Below are positions 47,150 to 61,340 of a DNA stretch of 64,000 nucleotides, one piece after another (position 1 is the first letter of the stretch; every line of letters begins with the position of its first letter). Location of the stretch: contig CATNEN010000010.1 of assembly GCA_950097015.1 (NCBI GenBank), forward strand, positions 1,054,001-1,118,000, in the 5' to 3' direction. The notes beneath the pieces were generated by a model. It had not been told where the DNA came from. It did not search any database and worked only from the letters and a program-made list of their open reading frames with translations. The position numbers and the translations under genes are program-made. Origin of the DNA: Macrostomum hystrix (Eukaryota > Animalia > Platyhelminthes).

Positions 47150-49245
47150 TGTCTGTCTGTCAGTGTCTAATTGTGTCTGTCTGTCAGTGTCTAATTGTGT
47201 CTGTCTGTCAGTGTCTAATTGTGTCTGTCTGCCTGTGTCTAATTATGTCTGTCCGCCTGTGTCTAATTGTGTCTGTCTGCCTGTGTCTAATTGTGTCTGT
47301 CTGCCTGTGTCTAATTGTGTCTGTCTGCTTGTGTCTAATTATGTCTGTCCGGCTGTGTCTAATTGTGTGTGTCTGCCAGTGTCTAATTGTGTCTGTCTGT
47401 CAGTGTCTAATTGTGTCTGTCTGCCTGTGTCTAATTACGTCTGTCCGCCTGTGTCTAATTGTGTCTGTCTGCTTGTGTCTAATTGTGTCTGTCCGCCTGT
47501 GTCTAATTGTGTCTGTCTGCCTGTGTCTAATTGTGTCTGTCTGCCTGTGTCTAATTATGTCTGTCCGCCTGTGTCTAATTGTGTCTGTCTGCTTGTGTCT
47601 AATTGTGTCTGTCCGCCTGTGTCTAATTGTGTCTGTCTGCCTGTGTCTAATTGTGTCTGTCTGTCAGTGTCTAATTGTGTCTGTCTGTCAGTGTCTAATT
47701 GTGTCTGTCTGCCTGTGTCTAATTATGTCTGTCCGCCTGTGTCTAATTGTGTCTGTCTGCTTGTGTCTAATTGTGTCTGTCCGCCTGTGTCTAATTGTGT
47801 CTGTCTGCCTGTGTCTAATTGTGTCTGTCTGCCTGTGTCTAATTGTGTCTGTCTGCCTGTGTCTAATTATGTCTGTCCGCCTGTGTCTAATTGTGTCTGT
47901 CTGCTTGTGTCTAATTGTGTCTGTCCGCCTGTGTCTAATTGTGTCTGTCCGCCTGTGTCTAATTGTGTCTGTCTGCCTGTGTCTAATTGTGTCTGTCTGC
48001 CTGTGTCTAATTGTGTCTGTCCGCCTGTGTCTAATTGTGTCTGTCTGCCTGTGTTTAATTGTGTCTGTCCGCCTGTGTCTAATTGTGTCTGTCTGCTTGT
48101 GTCTAATTGTGTCTGTCTGTCAGTGTCTAATTGTGTCTGTCTGCCTGTGTCTAATTGTGTCTGTCTGTCAGTGTCTAATTGTGTCTGTCCGCCTGTGTCT
48201 AATTGTGTCTGTCTGTCAGTGTCTAATTGTGTCTGTCTGCCTGTGTCTAATTGTGTCTGTCTGCCTGTGTCTAATTGTGTCTGTCTGTCAGTGTCTAATT
48301 GTGTCTGTCCGCCTGTGTCTAATTGTGTCTGTCTGTCAGTGTCTAATTGTGTCTGTCTGCCTGTGTCTAATTGTGTCTGTCTGCCTGTGTCTAATTGTGT
48401 CTGTCTGCCTGTGTTTAATTGTGTCTGTCCGCCTGTGTCTAATTGTGTCTGTCTGCTTGTGTCTAATTGTGTCTGTCTGTCAGTGTCTAATTGTGTCTGT
48501 CTGCCTGTGTCTAATTGTGTCTGTCTGTCAGTGTCTAATTGTGTCTGTCCGCCTGTGTCTAATTGTGTCTGTCTGCCAGTGTCTAATTGTGTCTGTCTGC
48601 CTGTGTCTAATTGTGTCTGTCTGTCAGTGTCTAATTGTGTCTGTCTGTCAGTGTCTAATTGTGTCTGTCCGCCTGTGTCTAATTGTGTCTGTCCGCCTGT
48701 GTCTAATTGTGTCTGTCTGTCAGTGTCTAATTGTGTCTGTCTGCCTGTGTCTAATTGTGTCTGTCCGGCTGTGTCTAATTGTGTCTGTCCGGCTGTGTCT
48801 AATTGTTTCTGTCCGCCTGTTTCTAATTGTGTCTGTCTGTCAGTGTCTAATTGTGTCTGTCTGTCAGTGTCTAATTGTGTCTGTCTGTCAGTGTCTAATT
48901 GTGTCTGTCTGTCAGTGTCTAATTGTGTCTGTCTGTCAGTGTCTAATTGTGTCTGTCTGCCTGTGTCTAATTGTGTCTGTCTGCCTGTGTCTAATTGTGT
49001 CTGTCTGTCAGTGTCTAATTGTGTCTGTCTGTCAGTGTCTAATTGTGTCTGTCTGCCTGTGTCTAATTGTGTCTGTCTGCCTGTGTGCAATTGTGTCTGT
49101 CTGTCAGTGTCTAATTGTGTCTGTCTGTCAGTGTCTAATTGTGTCTGTCTGTCAGTGTCTAATTGTGTCTGTCTGCCTGTGTCTAATTGTGTCTGTCCGG
49201 CTGTGTCTAATTGTGTCTGTCTGCCTGTGTCTTATTGTGTCTGTC
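47150..49245. repeat. 24-bp satellite (GTGTCTAATTGTGTCTGTCTGCCT), ~87 copies
   Basis: Direct reading. It produces spurious 400-720-aa ORFs. Confidence 0.97.
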
Positions 49246-49964
49246 TAACTCTATCTATGTCTGTTTGTCTTCACACATTAGCCAGTAGTTATGCAACTAT
49301 ACGAAATGAAAACAATCAAACAAATTGAATTTTGGTTTTTACATCCCGTTTGCTGACAATTTTTGCATAGATCAATGTGCCAGTCACATTTTCATCTTTT
49401 TTTCACCACCTTTATGTTTAGCGATGCATCTTTTACATTATTATAACAACTTTGCTCGTAAATTTGTATTATAATAAACATACATAATATTAAAAAACTG
49501 TTTGTCTTTCAGTCTAATAAAAAAACATCAGGGTTATAAAGATACATAGCTGATAGAAAAAAGCTAAAACTTGATCATGAATATGCTGAAATGACCTCAT
49601 TTCGTACATACTACTAACGGCTTAAGTCAAAGGCTTTTTCAGGCATTTAAACATTTTTGGCCAATACGACAAGCAGATAATATTAACAGGCGGGCGACAC
49701 GGAGCTGAGAAAAAAAAAGTTACAAATCAGCAAAGCAATTGTATTTAAAGCATTGTTGCGCTGTAAAAACTAACGAAGCACAATGACTGGAATTGACAGT
49801 TTAGGAAATGACTTGGCTGGCTTGAGAGAAACTCAGGAACCAGCATTTGATCAATGCGAAATTAAAGTTCTGGCACCCAAGGTAAAATACGTTAAATAGG
49901 CGAAATTCCGATTACCGGCTGTGGCCATATTCGCCAAGCATGTCTGTAGCGTGGCACTGAAGCA

Positions 49965-50295
49965 CTGAGGGAGTGAGTCTAGGACATCCTGAAGCACTGG
50001 TGTCTTCACTGGTGAGCACAGGGAGAGTGAGTCTAGGACACCCTGAAGCACAGGGGGAGTGAGTCTAGGACACCCTGAAGCACAGGGGGAGTGAGTCTAG
50101 GACACCCTGAAGCACAGGGGGAGTGAGTCTAGGACACCCTGAAGCACTGGTGGAGTGAGTCTAGCACATCCTGAAGCACTGGTGGAGTGAGTCTAGCACA
50201 TCCTGAAGCACTGGTGGAGTGAGTCTAGCACATCCTGAAGCACTGGTGGAGTGAGTCTAGCACATCCTGAAGCACAGGGGGAGTGAATCTAAAGC
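49965..50295. repeat. 32-bp tandem repeat, ~9 copies, just downstream of the AACS stop codon
   Basis: Unit GGGAGTGAGTCTAGGACACCCTGAAGCACAGG and variants. Confidence 0.92.
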
Positions 50296-50409
50296 ACTAT
50301 TGTGGTGGTGGTTGTGGTGGCACCATGAAGTACAAGCGGTTGAACAGAAGGAACCATGTGTTTGTTCTAACCAACTCAAAGTAAAAAATCAATGATGTGC
50401 AACCTGTGC

Positions 50410-52958
50410 TCAGAAATCCTGCAGGTCCGTCATGGCGGCGAAATAATCCAGAGCTTCCGGGTTCGCCACAGCCGTCCGATTCAGCACCGGCTCGGACTGC
50501 AGCAGCTGCCGCACCGCCAGCTCCACCTTCTTGCCCGAGAAGGTGTAGGGCACGTGCTCGGTGGCGCGAATCACAGCTGGCACGTGACGCGGCGACAGCT
50601 GGGCGCGAATGGCGGCCCGGATGCGCGAATCCAAGTCTGGCGTTAGGAAGGCCAGGCCGCCAGCGACCAGCCGCAGGAACAGCAGGACCCGCTCGTCTGA
50701 GGAGTGCCGGCTCGTTTGGCCGACGCACAGCGAGTCCGCCACCTCGGGGAAGGCGTCCACGACCTGCGGGTGGGGCGACAGCTGCTGGTTGATGTCCAGT
50801 TCAAAGACTTAGGACTGCCCGACTGCACGTCTGTCTCTATCCGCCTGTCTCTCTGATCATTCGCCGTTCCCACCTGGTAGATCTCGGCGCTGCCAAAGCG
50901 GACCCCGTTGGGGTTGAGGGTGCCGTCGGACCGGCCCAGCATGCGGATGCCGCCAGTTCGCGGGTTGACCGCGCAGAAATCGCCGTGGGTCCAGACGCCG
51001 CCGCTGAAGCCGTTAAAATAGGCACCGCGATACATGTGGCCGTCCGGCTCGTCCGCCCAGAACTTCACCGGCTGGCTGGGGAACGGCCGGGTGCAGACGA
51101 GTTCGCCGCGCTCGCCGGACACTGGCCGGCCGGCCGAGTCCCAGCACTGAACGGCCATGCCGAGATTCGGCGACTGGATCTCACCAGCGTGGACAGGCAG
51201 GGTCGGGTTGCTGCCAGCGAAGCAGCCGACAATGTCCGTGCCTCCGGTGATGCTGCCTAGCAACAGGTCGGCCTTGATGCTGCCGTAGACGTAGCGGAAG
51301 GTGGAGGCGGCCAGCGGGGAGCCGGTGCTCAGCAGGCAGCGGAGGCGGCTCGGCGTCTGAGGTGGCCGGAAATCGGCGGCCTCGAGCACCGCCAGCCACT
51401 TGGCGCTGGTGCCGAGCACTGTGGTGCCGCAGGCCTCGGCGAGCTGCCAGACAGCCTCTCGGCTGGGCAGCAGCGGGGAGCCGTCGTAGAGGACCAGAGC
51501 GGCGCCGGCGGCCAGGCCGGAGACTGTCCAGTTCCACATCATCCAGCCGGTGGAGGTGAAGTAGAGCATGGTGTCGTCAGGGCCAATGTCCGTGTGCAGG
51601 CGGTGCTCCTTGGCGTGCTGGAGCAGGCTGCCGCCAGCGCAGTGCACCAAGCATTTGGGCGGCCCCGTGGTGCCCGAGCTGTAAAGGATGTAAAGCGGAT
51701 GGTCGAAAGGCAGCGGAGTCAATTCGAGGCTAGGCGACTGGCCGGTGATGTCGGCGTCGGACAGAGCGTCATCGTACCAACGCCAGCGGGCGTCGCCATC
51801 CGGCAGGCGGTTGGGACAGTCCGGCTCGCCAGGTAGGCCGCGCACAACCAGCAGGCGGCGCAGACTGGGCAGCTTGGCGGCCACCTGGCAGTGGTGAATT
51901 CTCAGATGATCAGGATGGCAATGTTACACTGTTCGCAGCATGCTACTGCTTGAGCCAAGAGAGTAGTAGTCTATGCGCACCGAAATGAATTGGATTCAAA
52001 TAGGCCTTTAAGTGAGACTCCACTGGTAAGAGCCTGAAAGCTGTGCTGGCTACCGCCCTGTACAGACGCTTATTGGACATTAAAGTTACTAATCAATAAC
52101 AAAATAAATCGAGAACGTCGACAAAGTCACGTGACTTTGCAACTCTGCTCAGAACCGACCGCTGCACGACTACGCCAGCCTCACCTCGACAGCCTTGGCC
52201 AGTCCATCGTGCACCTTGCCACCGTAGCGCACCCGATCCACCGTCAGCAGCAACGCCGGCTCCACCTGGCCGAACCTGTCCAGCACGGCCTGGACGCCGA
52301 AGTCCGGCGACGCGGACGTCCAAATGGCGCCGAGGCCGGCGCAGGCCAGCAGGCCGACAACCGCCTCAGCGCCGTTGGGCAGCCAGCCGGCCACGCGATC
52401 GCCGGGCCCGACGCCGTCGGCTCGCAGGACGGCCTGCAGTCGGGCGGCGCGGTGTCGCAATTCGCCGTAGGTGACAATTTCGGCTGGCGCCGAGTCACCC
52501 TCGCGGCACACCAGCAGGGCGGGCTTGTCGGCCGGCCAGTCGGCCAGCAGGTTGTCGGCGTAGTTCAGCCGGACGCCCGGAAACCATCGGGGCAGGTCGG
52601 CCGGTCGGCTGGCCTCGTCCACAATAGGCTGGCCGGCGGGGCTGTCCGGGTCCGGCGAGAGGCGGAGGTCGCAGAAACGGGCCAGGGCGGACCAGAAGGC
52701 GGCGGGGCAGCCCACCGACCAGCTGTGCAGCGGCCAGTAGCCGGCTGCGAATGATATCATCAAAGAGAATTTTCAATACTTTTTTCTGCTGATTTCTAAC
52801 AAAATATGTTTCCTGCAATCAGAAGTCAAGTACTCACAGAAAGTTTCATCATATTGCTCTTTAACAAAGGCGGCAAATTTGCCTATGTTAGTCTCGGAGA
52901 ATGGTTTAGTTGGTGTCCATAGGCGATCATCAGTAGTCATGTCCAATGCTTCAGCCAT
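50410..52958 (-). CDS. AACS: Acetoacetyl-CoA synthetase
   Basis: Exons 52958-52838, 52744-52185, 51884-50874 and 50763-50410 join in frame. Motifs include LWTP, WFPGVRLNYADNLL, ILYSSGTTGPPKCLVH (AMP-binding), SITGGTDI, WTHGDF, GRSDGTLNPNGVRFGSAEIY and PYTFSGKKVE. The exact start codon is uncertain. Confidence 0.93.
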
Positions 52959-54719
52959 CGTGATTGTGCATACAAATGCTGTAAGAAAGTAAGAACCTCC
53001 TTTGAAAAAGAACGTTTTTGCCATCATTGAAAAAAATCACTAAAAATATAGGTGCAATATGATTATGAAGAGCATATACATGGCTATAATAAAAATCTAT
53101 AATTATATTCGATTCACCAAGTTACATACTAATTTAACACTTACATATTAAAAGACTAAAAAATAGCAAAATAAGTTGCAAAAAATTAAGTATGTCTAAG
53201 TATGTCTAAGTGTAAACAAAAAGTACACCTGTATTCGTCGTAAGTCTTTAAAATTGCCCAAAGCATAACGCTGTAAAGCATAGAAACTAGCATAACAAAA
53301 TAAAACAACATTTTATTCTTAATAATGTAGTAGCTATTCTGTGGATATACTGACTATAGGATAGCAAAATAATGTCCTGATTACATGTTCATAATATAAA
53401 TTACAAAAAAGCTTCGCACACAAAAACAACCACCTAAGTATTTTTTAATTGAAGCATAGAAACATAGAAACATAATAAAATAAAAATATAAATTATTTAC
53501 ATCCCACCATGCAGCATAATATAACTATTTTAGCACATTCATTTTACAGTACGAATTCATATAACAATTTGCAAGCTTTCAATTTCGATTTGCAAAAATA
53601 TAAATTTGTGGTATAGTAAAAAATAAAAAACTAAAAGTTGAGGTGACGACACTCGACAGGCGCTAAGAAATAATTTCTTAGAAAAGCCTTACGTTGTTTT
53701 AGTGCGAGAAAGTTTTACAAGAAAGTGAAGCATCCAGTAAAACTATACGGGAAAAAATATAAGGAAAGTATGCGAAAAAATTTACGTTGGCGTGTTCATT
53801 TACAAAAAATAATTTTGATTTATAAGGAAGCGAAATTAGGTAGCAAAAATTTTCGATAGTCAAAAAAGTAAATTGATAATAAAATAAGACTCAATATCGG
53901 AGTACATATTTAGCCCCATAATAGCACAGACACACACACAGCCTGTCTTGAAATAATTGAATCGTCAAGAAATTAATGTAAGTAGTAGCTATCAATTTGA
54001 CGCAAAAGCTACATGGAGTGATTGCCTTCACTCACAATAACTGTAACATCGCTGGAGATTCATTAAACTGATGCGAGAGAAGCGCATGAGAAGCATAGAG
54101 CCCTTAAGAAACCAATGGTCTTGCCACAAAAAATAAATGCTCATAAAAGAGTAAGGTCAGTCATTCGATTGCCATGCACTGCATGGCTAGACATATATCT
54201 CACGCCTCGCTTTTAAAACAGAACTTCAAGCACTTCGTGCTTAAGAGCAATCAAGTATTCTGCGTAGCAAAGCGCGAGCCTGAAGCCTGTTTGGAAATGT
54301 ACATCTAGATATGAACATGGAAAAATGAATATTTCATTTAGACGATGTACAAAGCATTTACACACCTCCGTACGAGATTAACAGTTCGCGGCAGTCCCAC
54401 GGTAATTCCGTGGAATTGCCTGCAGCTCTGGGCAACACAAGCAAGTTGAGACAACGTACAAGCAAGCGTACGGATGACAGTTAGTAGAGTGACTGTGTTT
54501 CGATTTTCGCTGTTGCTAGCCAGGATTTGTCCACGAAATTAAGATTTTGGATATAAATAAAGCAATTTGCTCTGGGTCTTGCATTTCAAAATAAACCTGG
54601 AAAATTAGCGTACTGCTCCTTTGCCCTTCATCGCTGACGCCAAATTATTCTATCAGATCGGGAAAGCAGGGACTCAAATCTCCACCCAGAATCGGATTGC
54701 CGCATGAAGGTCAGCAGTC

Positions 54720-56073
54720 ATGTCTGACATCGAGGATGAAACGCTTGAGGCGCAGAAGTTTCGCTCGCTGCCGCAGTCGGTCCAGCGCGCGCTGCTGGAC
54801 GACTATCCGCGCCTGCTTGCCCAGCTGATGCACGGCTACAGCCGAGGCGCTGACTGCGAGGTTCTGGTGCGAGCTATGCTCGAGAGCTCCGCCCAGCTGA
54901 TGCGAATAAGGAATAGTCAGGTGAGGCAAAGCGATGTAATACACCTGCATGTGCAGATTGAAGGCATTTTACACACTCACAATGGCAATGAAAAAGCCAA
55001 CAATCACTTTCCGCGCAACAACAAACCTGACTCCACAGGGAGACCAGCCCATCGCCTCGGCACTGGTTCACAGCCAACCAGAACGAGCCAACTGGCTCGC
55101 TAACCTGGCCGCTGAGAAGAACCCCTCGGCGCTTATGGACCGGGCCAAATACCGAGAGACGCTGCTCATGCTGAGTACAACGTCGCTGCCAGTTGGGCTA
55201 ATCGAGAGACTACTGGAGCGAGATCCCAGCGAGGTGTATCGCCTGTATGACACAGATGGACGCAACCTCCTCCACCACTGTGCGCTGGAGGACTCAACGA
55301 AGGCGCTGGAGATTGTCCTGGCCTGTGTCTCCAAGCTGATGGCTGAGAGAAAGCTGGAGGCGTCGGAGATAGAGCAGGCCGTGGACATGAACGATTGCAA
55401 TGGTGACACTCCGATGCACCTGATGGCGCAGCGTAATCAGCCGCAGATGCTGCGCCTGCTACTGAGCTTCGCCAGCGAAAACGGCATCAGAGTCAACTTG
55501 GACTCGCCGCGCCACGGTGTGAGTCAGTGGACGCCTCTGATGGCGGCCGCTGAAGCCGACGCTGCTGATGCCGTTGACTTCCTTGTGACGTCTGGAGCCG
55601 ACTTGGACCGGCTGGATGCCGAGGGCCGCAGTGTGGCCGAGTTGGTGGATGAGGCCGTACAGCCCAGGGTGACTGCCCTGCTCGCAAGGCTGCAGCCAGA
55701 CTTAGCAGCGTCTTGCCTGCGAGCCTCGACTGGGGCCCTCGAGTCTGTTGACAGCGGCGTCCAGTCTGTGCAGACTTCAGGCAGAGAGCGACAGCACGCG
55801 CAGCAGAGTCGAGGAGAACACCCCGGACTGGGGCCTGACGAGCTGGATGCGCTGGAGACGTGGCTGCTGCGCTGCGGCAAGTCGGCTCCCTTCCTTGAAG
55901 CGGTTTGGCGACTTTCGAGCGGAAAGTACCTGGAGCCGATGCTGCTGACTGGCGAGAAGCCGTTGACCACGGCATTCAGCGTCTGGTCGCACGAAGAGCC
56001 AGTGCCTCGTGAGCTGGTGCGGCGCGCTCTGATGAAAATCGGCGAAGGCGCCGCCGCTGATCGAGTGGGATGA
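54720..56073 (+). CDS. ~411-aa ankyrin-repeat protein with DSGVQS degron and death-domain-like C-terminus (IkB/p105-like)
   Basis: Exons 54720-54920 (CAG|GTGAGG) and 55039-56073 (CAG|GGA), phase 0. Ankyrin repeats DGRNLLHHCA, NGDTPMHLMA and QWTPLMAAA..GADLDRLDAEGRS. DSGVQS at 55750-55767. Tail AFSVWSHEEPVPRELVRRALMKIGEGAAADRV. Confidence 0.85.
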
Positions 56074-56817
56074 CAAGTGGACGCAGGCCATCATTCATAT
56101 GATGATGAAAAACTGATGCTTAAATTGAATGGCTGATGTCGTTAAAGAACAATTCTTCTTGAGCCAAACCATGCACTTTTACCGATATATGAATGCTATC
56201 GATGATCAGCTATGTCCTTTGTGTACGAGCTAACTCAAGGCCGGCTCTTTACATCCACGAAGCTCCTTATTTCTCTGGGTCTAATTTTTTAATCTGCATG
56301 ATCACAGATGCTGTTTTGCCCTGTAAATTTCTATGGTTTATTAATCGTGTTGAAGATATGCGCTACTGTAAGATAATTGTCCTCTACCTAAGAGAAAAAT
56401 ATAACAGAACAATATCTTAAAAGTACACTTATCTTAAATCTTATAGGTAAAATTATACTTAGTTCTTCAGTCTCATCTCAGAATTAAACTGTGAGAAGTC
56501 TGCAGTTGCACTACATGCATTTACGAGTATAATATGGCTTCAGGGCGTTGCTATGACGCTCACAAGCTGTTGCTATGCGTTGAATGAAGAGCGAAAGTCC
56601 ATTAAAAAGCTATAAATAACAGCCCAACGCGCTGACCAGTTGTCTATGGCTGCAGTGCATTACCAGAACTCAAAACTCAGAGCCCATCAATTACGAGCGT
56701 ATAATACATAACAAATTCACCAGGAATCCCATATAAAATAGTTATCTACTTCAATTTAGACAGCAGACTCCAAAGACTGCGAGACCGTCCGAGCCTCCGC
56801 CCAGTCGCCAGCTCCAC

Positions 56818-59016
56818 ATGCCATCGCCGCGATGCTCGATGCTCGCGGAAATCCCTGCGCCAGACGGCGGCTGGGGCTGGCTGGTCCTGGCCGGAGCCTT
56901 CACCGTCTACTTTGTCTGCGACGGCATCGAGAACACATTCGGCCTGCTGGCGGCGGAGATCATCGACGAGCTTGGCACGAGCAGGCAGACAATCGGCTGG
57001 ATTGTGTCGCTGAAGTGCGCCTCCATGTACTTCGTCTGTGAGTGATGTTTTGATTGGAAGGCTCCGAATGAATGCTACAGAGCTGCTCTGGAAGATGCAC
57101 CAGGTGAGAAATGACGAATCGAATCGCAAATTAACCGCATGCCAGGCCCGCTGTCCGCATTGCTCTGCCGCCTGACCGATGTGCGCCTCGTGGGCGCCTT
57201 GGCCGGCTTCCTGGCCTTCTTGGGCTTCTTCAGCGCCTCCTTCGCTAGCCAAGCCTGGCACCTGTTCATCACGGCTGGCATTGTGACAGGTGAGCCACCA
57301 ATGCAGTCTTATTCAGCGCACGCAATTTTGAAGGCTTTTCCTCTCGATTCTGTCGCCTGAACACAGGGCCCGGAGTTGGCACCTGCTTCCTCATCTGCCT
57401 AGTGACCGTTTGTCAGTACTTTGAGCGGCTGCGAGCCACGGCCACCGGCATGGCTCTCTGTGGCTCCGGGCTCGGTGAGTAACGCGAGCTTTAAAATGAA
57501 AGAACATCAGAGAATATTTCAGTTGCATGAAATCGATTCTGCCTCCCCGGCTCCTCCTTCCCCTCAGGCGGACTCATCCTGAGCCCGCTGGTTGCCTACT
57601 TGATTGGCAGCTACGGCTGGAATGGCACCCTGCTGCTTCTCAGCGCTCTCTATCTGCACACCCTGCCCTGCTGCCTGCTGATGCGCCCGCTCGAGGCTCC
57701 TGGCAAGTCGCCGCGGCAGCAGGAGGAGCTCGGGAAACCATCAACAAGCGAGGGCTGTGTCAACAGTGGAGATTCCCCGGTCACCAGTTCGCCGGTGTCA
57801 AGTCACAATACCGAAAGCGTCATCACTGTCGATGAAGTCGCTGCCGCATTCACGGAAAACCCCGCGCCGGAGGCGGAGCGGAACAGCCTGCGAGCTGCAG
57901 CCTGGCTGGCCAACTCCACGCTGTCGCCGATTTTTCTCTTGCCGGCGCACTTCTACGCGTCCTCGCGGCCTCAAACGGAGCACAACAGCACCTTGACCGA
58001 CGGCGCCTCCAAGATCTGTCAGCGACCGCGTCGAGGCCGAAATCCCAGCCTGTTGGTGTTTCACGCGTCACGACTGCTGCTGGCAGCGGCGGTGCCGGCG
58101 TTTTTTGCATACATCGCCGACCACTTCCGGCGCCTCGGTTTCAGCCAGGGTAAGGCGGCCGCCCTGCTGTCCATCCTGTCCGGCTGCAGCATGGCCGGCC
58201 GGCTGGCGTTCGGCTGTCTGGGCGACCGGGACTTCGCGTCTCCGCTGGCGCTCTACGGACTGGCGCTGTTGGTCGGCGGAAGCCTGGTCGGGGCCAGCCT
58301 GGCGGCGAACAGCTTCGGCGCCCTCGCTGCCTGCCTCGGCCTCGCATGGATCTTCGTGGGTGAGCGGCTGGTGGATAAGCAGATGGGAATTTAGGTGAAC
58401 TATGCTGACTGGCTGGCTATACTTTTCTTTGTACTTTTGGATTCATCCAGCCGAATGAATGCACACCACATGCATTTCGCTATACATACTGGTGTGCATT
58501 CATTCAAATCGATTGCCATGCCATGAGATACCCTCATACCCTCATGCATTATTGCCACGCAGGTAGTTGAATGGAGGAGATTCCACGCTGCAGTTTTTAT
58601 GCCCTTTAAACAATTATTTTGAGTATTTTATAACCGTCTTTTCCCGCGCATACCGACAGGCGGCGCGGTCTCGTTGACAACGCTGGTCACCGTCTACCTG
58701 GACGGAACTAGACGCCTGTTCTCTGCATTCGCGCGTCAGTCTATCTTTCAGGGCGTCGGCGTGCTGATTGGGCCGCCGTTAGCAGGTGAGCTGTCGGTTT
58801 GATGCCTCATTAAGACTGACAGTGGCTCTCAGTAGAGTTGTCGCATTCCTTTTGTGCAAATTACGCTTGTGCAACACAGGAGCCATCTACGATCGCATGG
58901 GTAACTACCTGGCAACGTTAGCCTTCATCGGGGCCTCGCTGTTCGCCTCGGCCCTCCTGGTGCTGGGTATCTACCTGCTGAAGCGGGTGGACAGCGCGTC
59001 ACAAACAGTTGCCTAA
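56818..59016 (+). CDS. Monocarboxylate transporter (SLC16/MCT family, MFS)
   Basis: PDGGWGW signature, YFERLRATATGMALCGSGLG and GRLAFGCLGDR. Six exons with phase-1 GT-AG junctions (donors near 57038, 57289, 57475, 58359, 58786); stop at 59016. Confidence 0.92.
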
Positions 59017-60329
59017 AGTGTTTCCTGAAATACAAGTTCCTATTTCCGCTCAATTTGTGCGCAGACCGGAGCACGAGTCATGCGCGTGATTCATGATTTC
59101 GCTGACCTTGAAGTCTATGGCCTTATTTCTGCACTTAGCTAATGTACGTGCACGACCTCTGGAATCACCCTGCCCTTTCCATACTCAAACTCTCAAATAT
59201 GAACTGTATCGTGCTGGTAGTTTCATACAATACTTGAATTTACATGCTGGGTATACATGAGTTAGCTGGGCTTTGTATTACTCTGTATACGGGTCTTAAA
59301 GGACAGGGAGTATAAGGTGATGGGGGATGGTGCATTGGACTGAGAGTTTGCACTACTCTACAACACTAGTGTGTAGACACTACAGTGTGGTGTAAACACT
59401 GTATCGAAGTTGTTAGGAGCAATTGGAAAAAAAATGACAAAAATGTTAGTCAAAGCTGAGTTCAAAGTTTGTGGGTGCGAGTGCGCTCTGTTTAAATGCA
59501 GCGACACAAACGCATAGCAGACAACTCTATATAAGCATTCCATATATAGTAGGAGCTTTATTAATACATAGAGGCCGCTGCTTTAGTAAATTAGACAGAA
59601 AACACGCAGCTGGGTCTAAATGGCTAAAATAAGTAAAATTGATTATTGATAAGCACTGGATAAGCTAAATGGCACGGACAGCTCAGTTCTGCTAACAGCT
59701 TATAAGTTCTCACTGGTGGAAGTCACAATAGTAAGTAACACAAATGTACTTGGTTAACACACGGGAAGTCAAGAGCACAACAACAGCCAGCAACTGACGT
59801 ACAATATACTAGCATACACATACTAAATAGCACGAACACACAGACTGCAAAAATAATTTTTTTATGAAGTAAAATTGAAGAAAAATTACCTTGCTTTGGA
59901 CAATGAATTATAAGCCAGTGCTTAAAATAAATTAAAGTACACGCAATAAAAGAAGGCGATTCGTTACTTTGAATAGCCATACTCAAATTATTAATTCGCA
60001 CATCAAGGTAAACATCCAGACTAGCGGATCAAGCGGTTGCTTCTTACTCGCAGGATTTTCACGTAAAGAGGCCACAGTTTCTCCTACATCCGATTTGCTG
60101 GGAAGCGGAATAATATACGATACCGAAAGATTAGCAAAATATAGCGGTATCGCAGCAGGTATCGAACAAATATTTCAGCGGCATTCCAACAACAGTGTTT
60201 CCGTGGAATGATGCAGAAATTAATTTCTAATCGATAACAGAACAGCGTTTCACAGAACATAAAAACTTTCAGTGATACGACAAGGCGCCATCCAAGCTCT
60301 ACGAACCCACAATTTTATGCGCTTAAAGA

Positions 60330-61340
60330 GTCGAGCAAGTCCTGAATCAATGCTGACACAATCAACAGCAAGTCCTGAATCAATGCTGACACAATCAACA
60401 GCAAGTCCTGAACCAATGCTGACACAATCAACAGCAAGTCCTGAATCAATGCTGACACAATCAACAGCAAGTCCTGAATCAATGCTGACACAATCAACAG
60501 CAAGTCCTGAATCAATGCTGACACAATCAACAGCAAGTCCTGAACCAATGCTGACACAATCAACAGCAAGTCCTGAATCAATGCTGACACAATCAACAGC
60601 AAGTCCTGAATCAATGCTGACACAATCAATAGCAAGTCCTGAATCAATGCTGACACAATCAACAGCAAGTCCTGAATCAATGCTGACACAATCAACAGCA
60701 AGTCCTGAACCAATGCTGACACAATCAACAGCAAGTCCTGAATCAATGCTGACACAATCAACAGCAAGTCCTGAATCAATGCTGACACAATCAACAGCAA
60801 GTCCTGAATCAATGCTGACACAATCAACAGCAAGTCCTGAATCAATGCTGACACAATCAACAGCAAGTTCTGAATCAATGCTGACACAATCAACAGCAAG
60901 TCCTGAATCAATGCTGACACAATCAACAGCAAGTCCTGAATCAATGCTGACACAATCAACAGCAAGTCCTGAATCAATGCTGACACAATCAACAGCAAGT
61001 CCTGAATCAATGCTGACACAATCAATAGCAAGTCCTGAATCAATGCTGACACAATCAACAGCAAGTCCTGAATCAATGCTGACACAATCAATAGCAAGTC
61101 CTGAATCAATGCTGACACAATCAACAGCAAGTCCTGAATCAATGCTGACACGATCAACAGCAAGTCCTGCATCAATGCGAACACAATCAACAGTAAGTCC
61201 CAAATCAATGCGAACACAATCAACAGCAAATCCCAAATCAATGCGGACTCAATCAACAGCAAGTCCTGCATCAATGCGGACACAATCAAGAGAAAGTCCT
61301 GCATCAATGCACAGTTGAGGCGGACACAATCAACAGAGCG
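60330..61340. repeat. 33-bp tandem repeat, ~30 copies, degenerating toward the right end
   Basis: Unit CAATCAACAGCAAGTCCTGAATCAATGCTGACA. Open in three frames because the unit is a multiple of 3 and lacks stops in those frames. Confidence 0.95.

Noticed and set aside
47149-49328. 699-, 721- and 407-aa ORFs
   Set aside because: They are translations of a 24-bp satellite, open in several frames on both strands, with no unique coding flanks or splice evidence.
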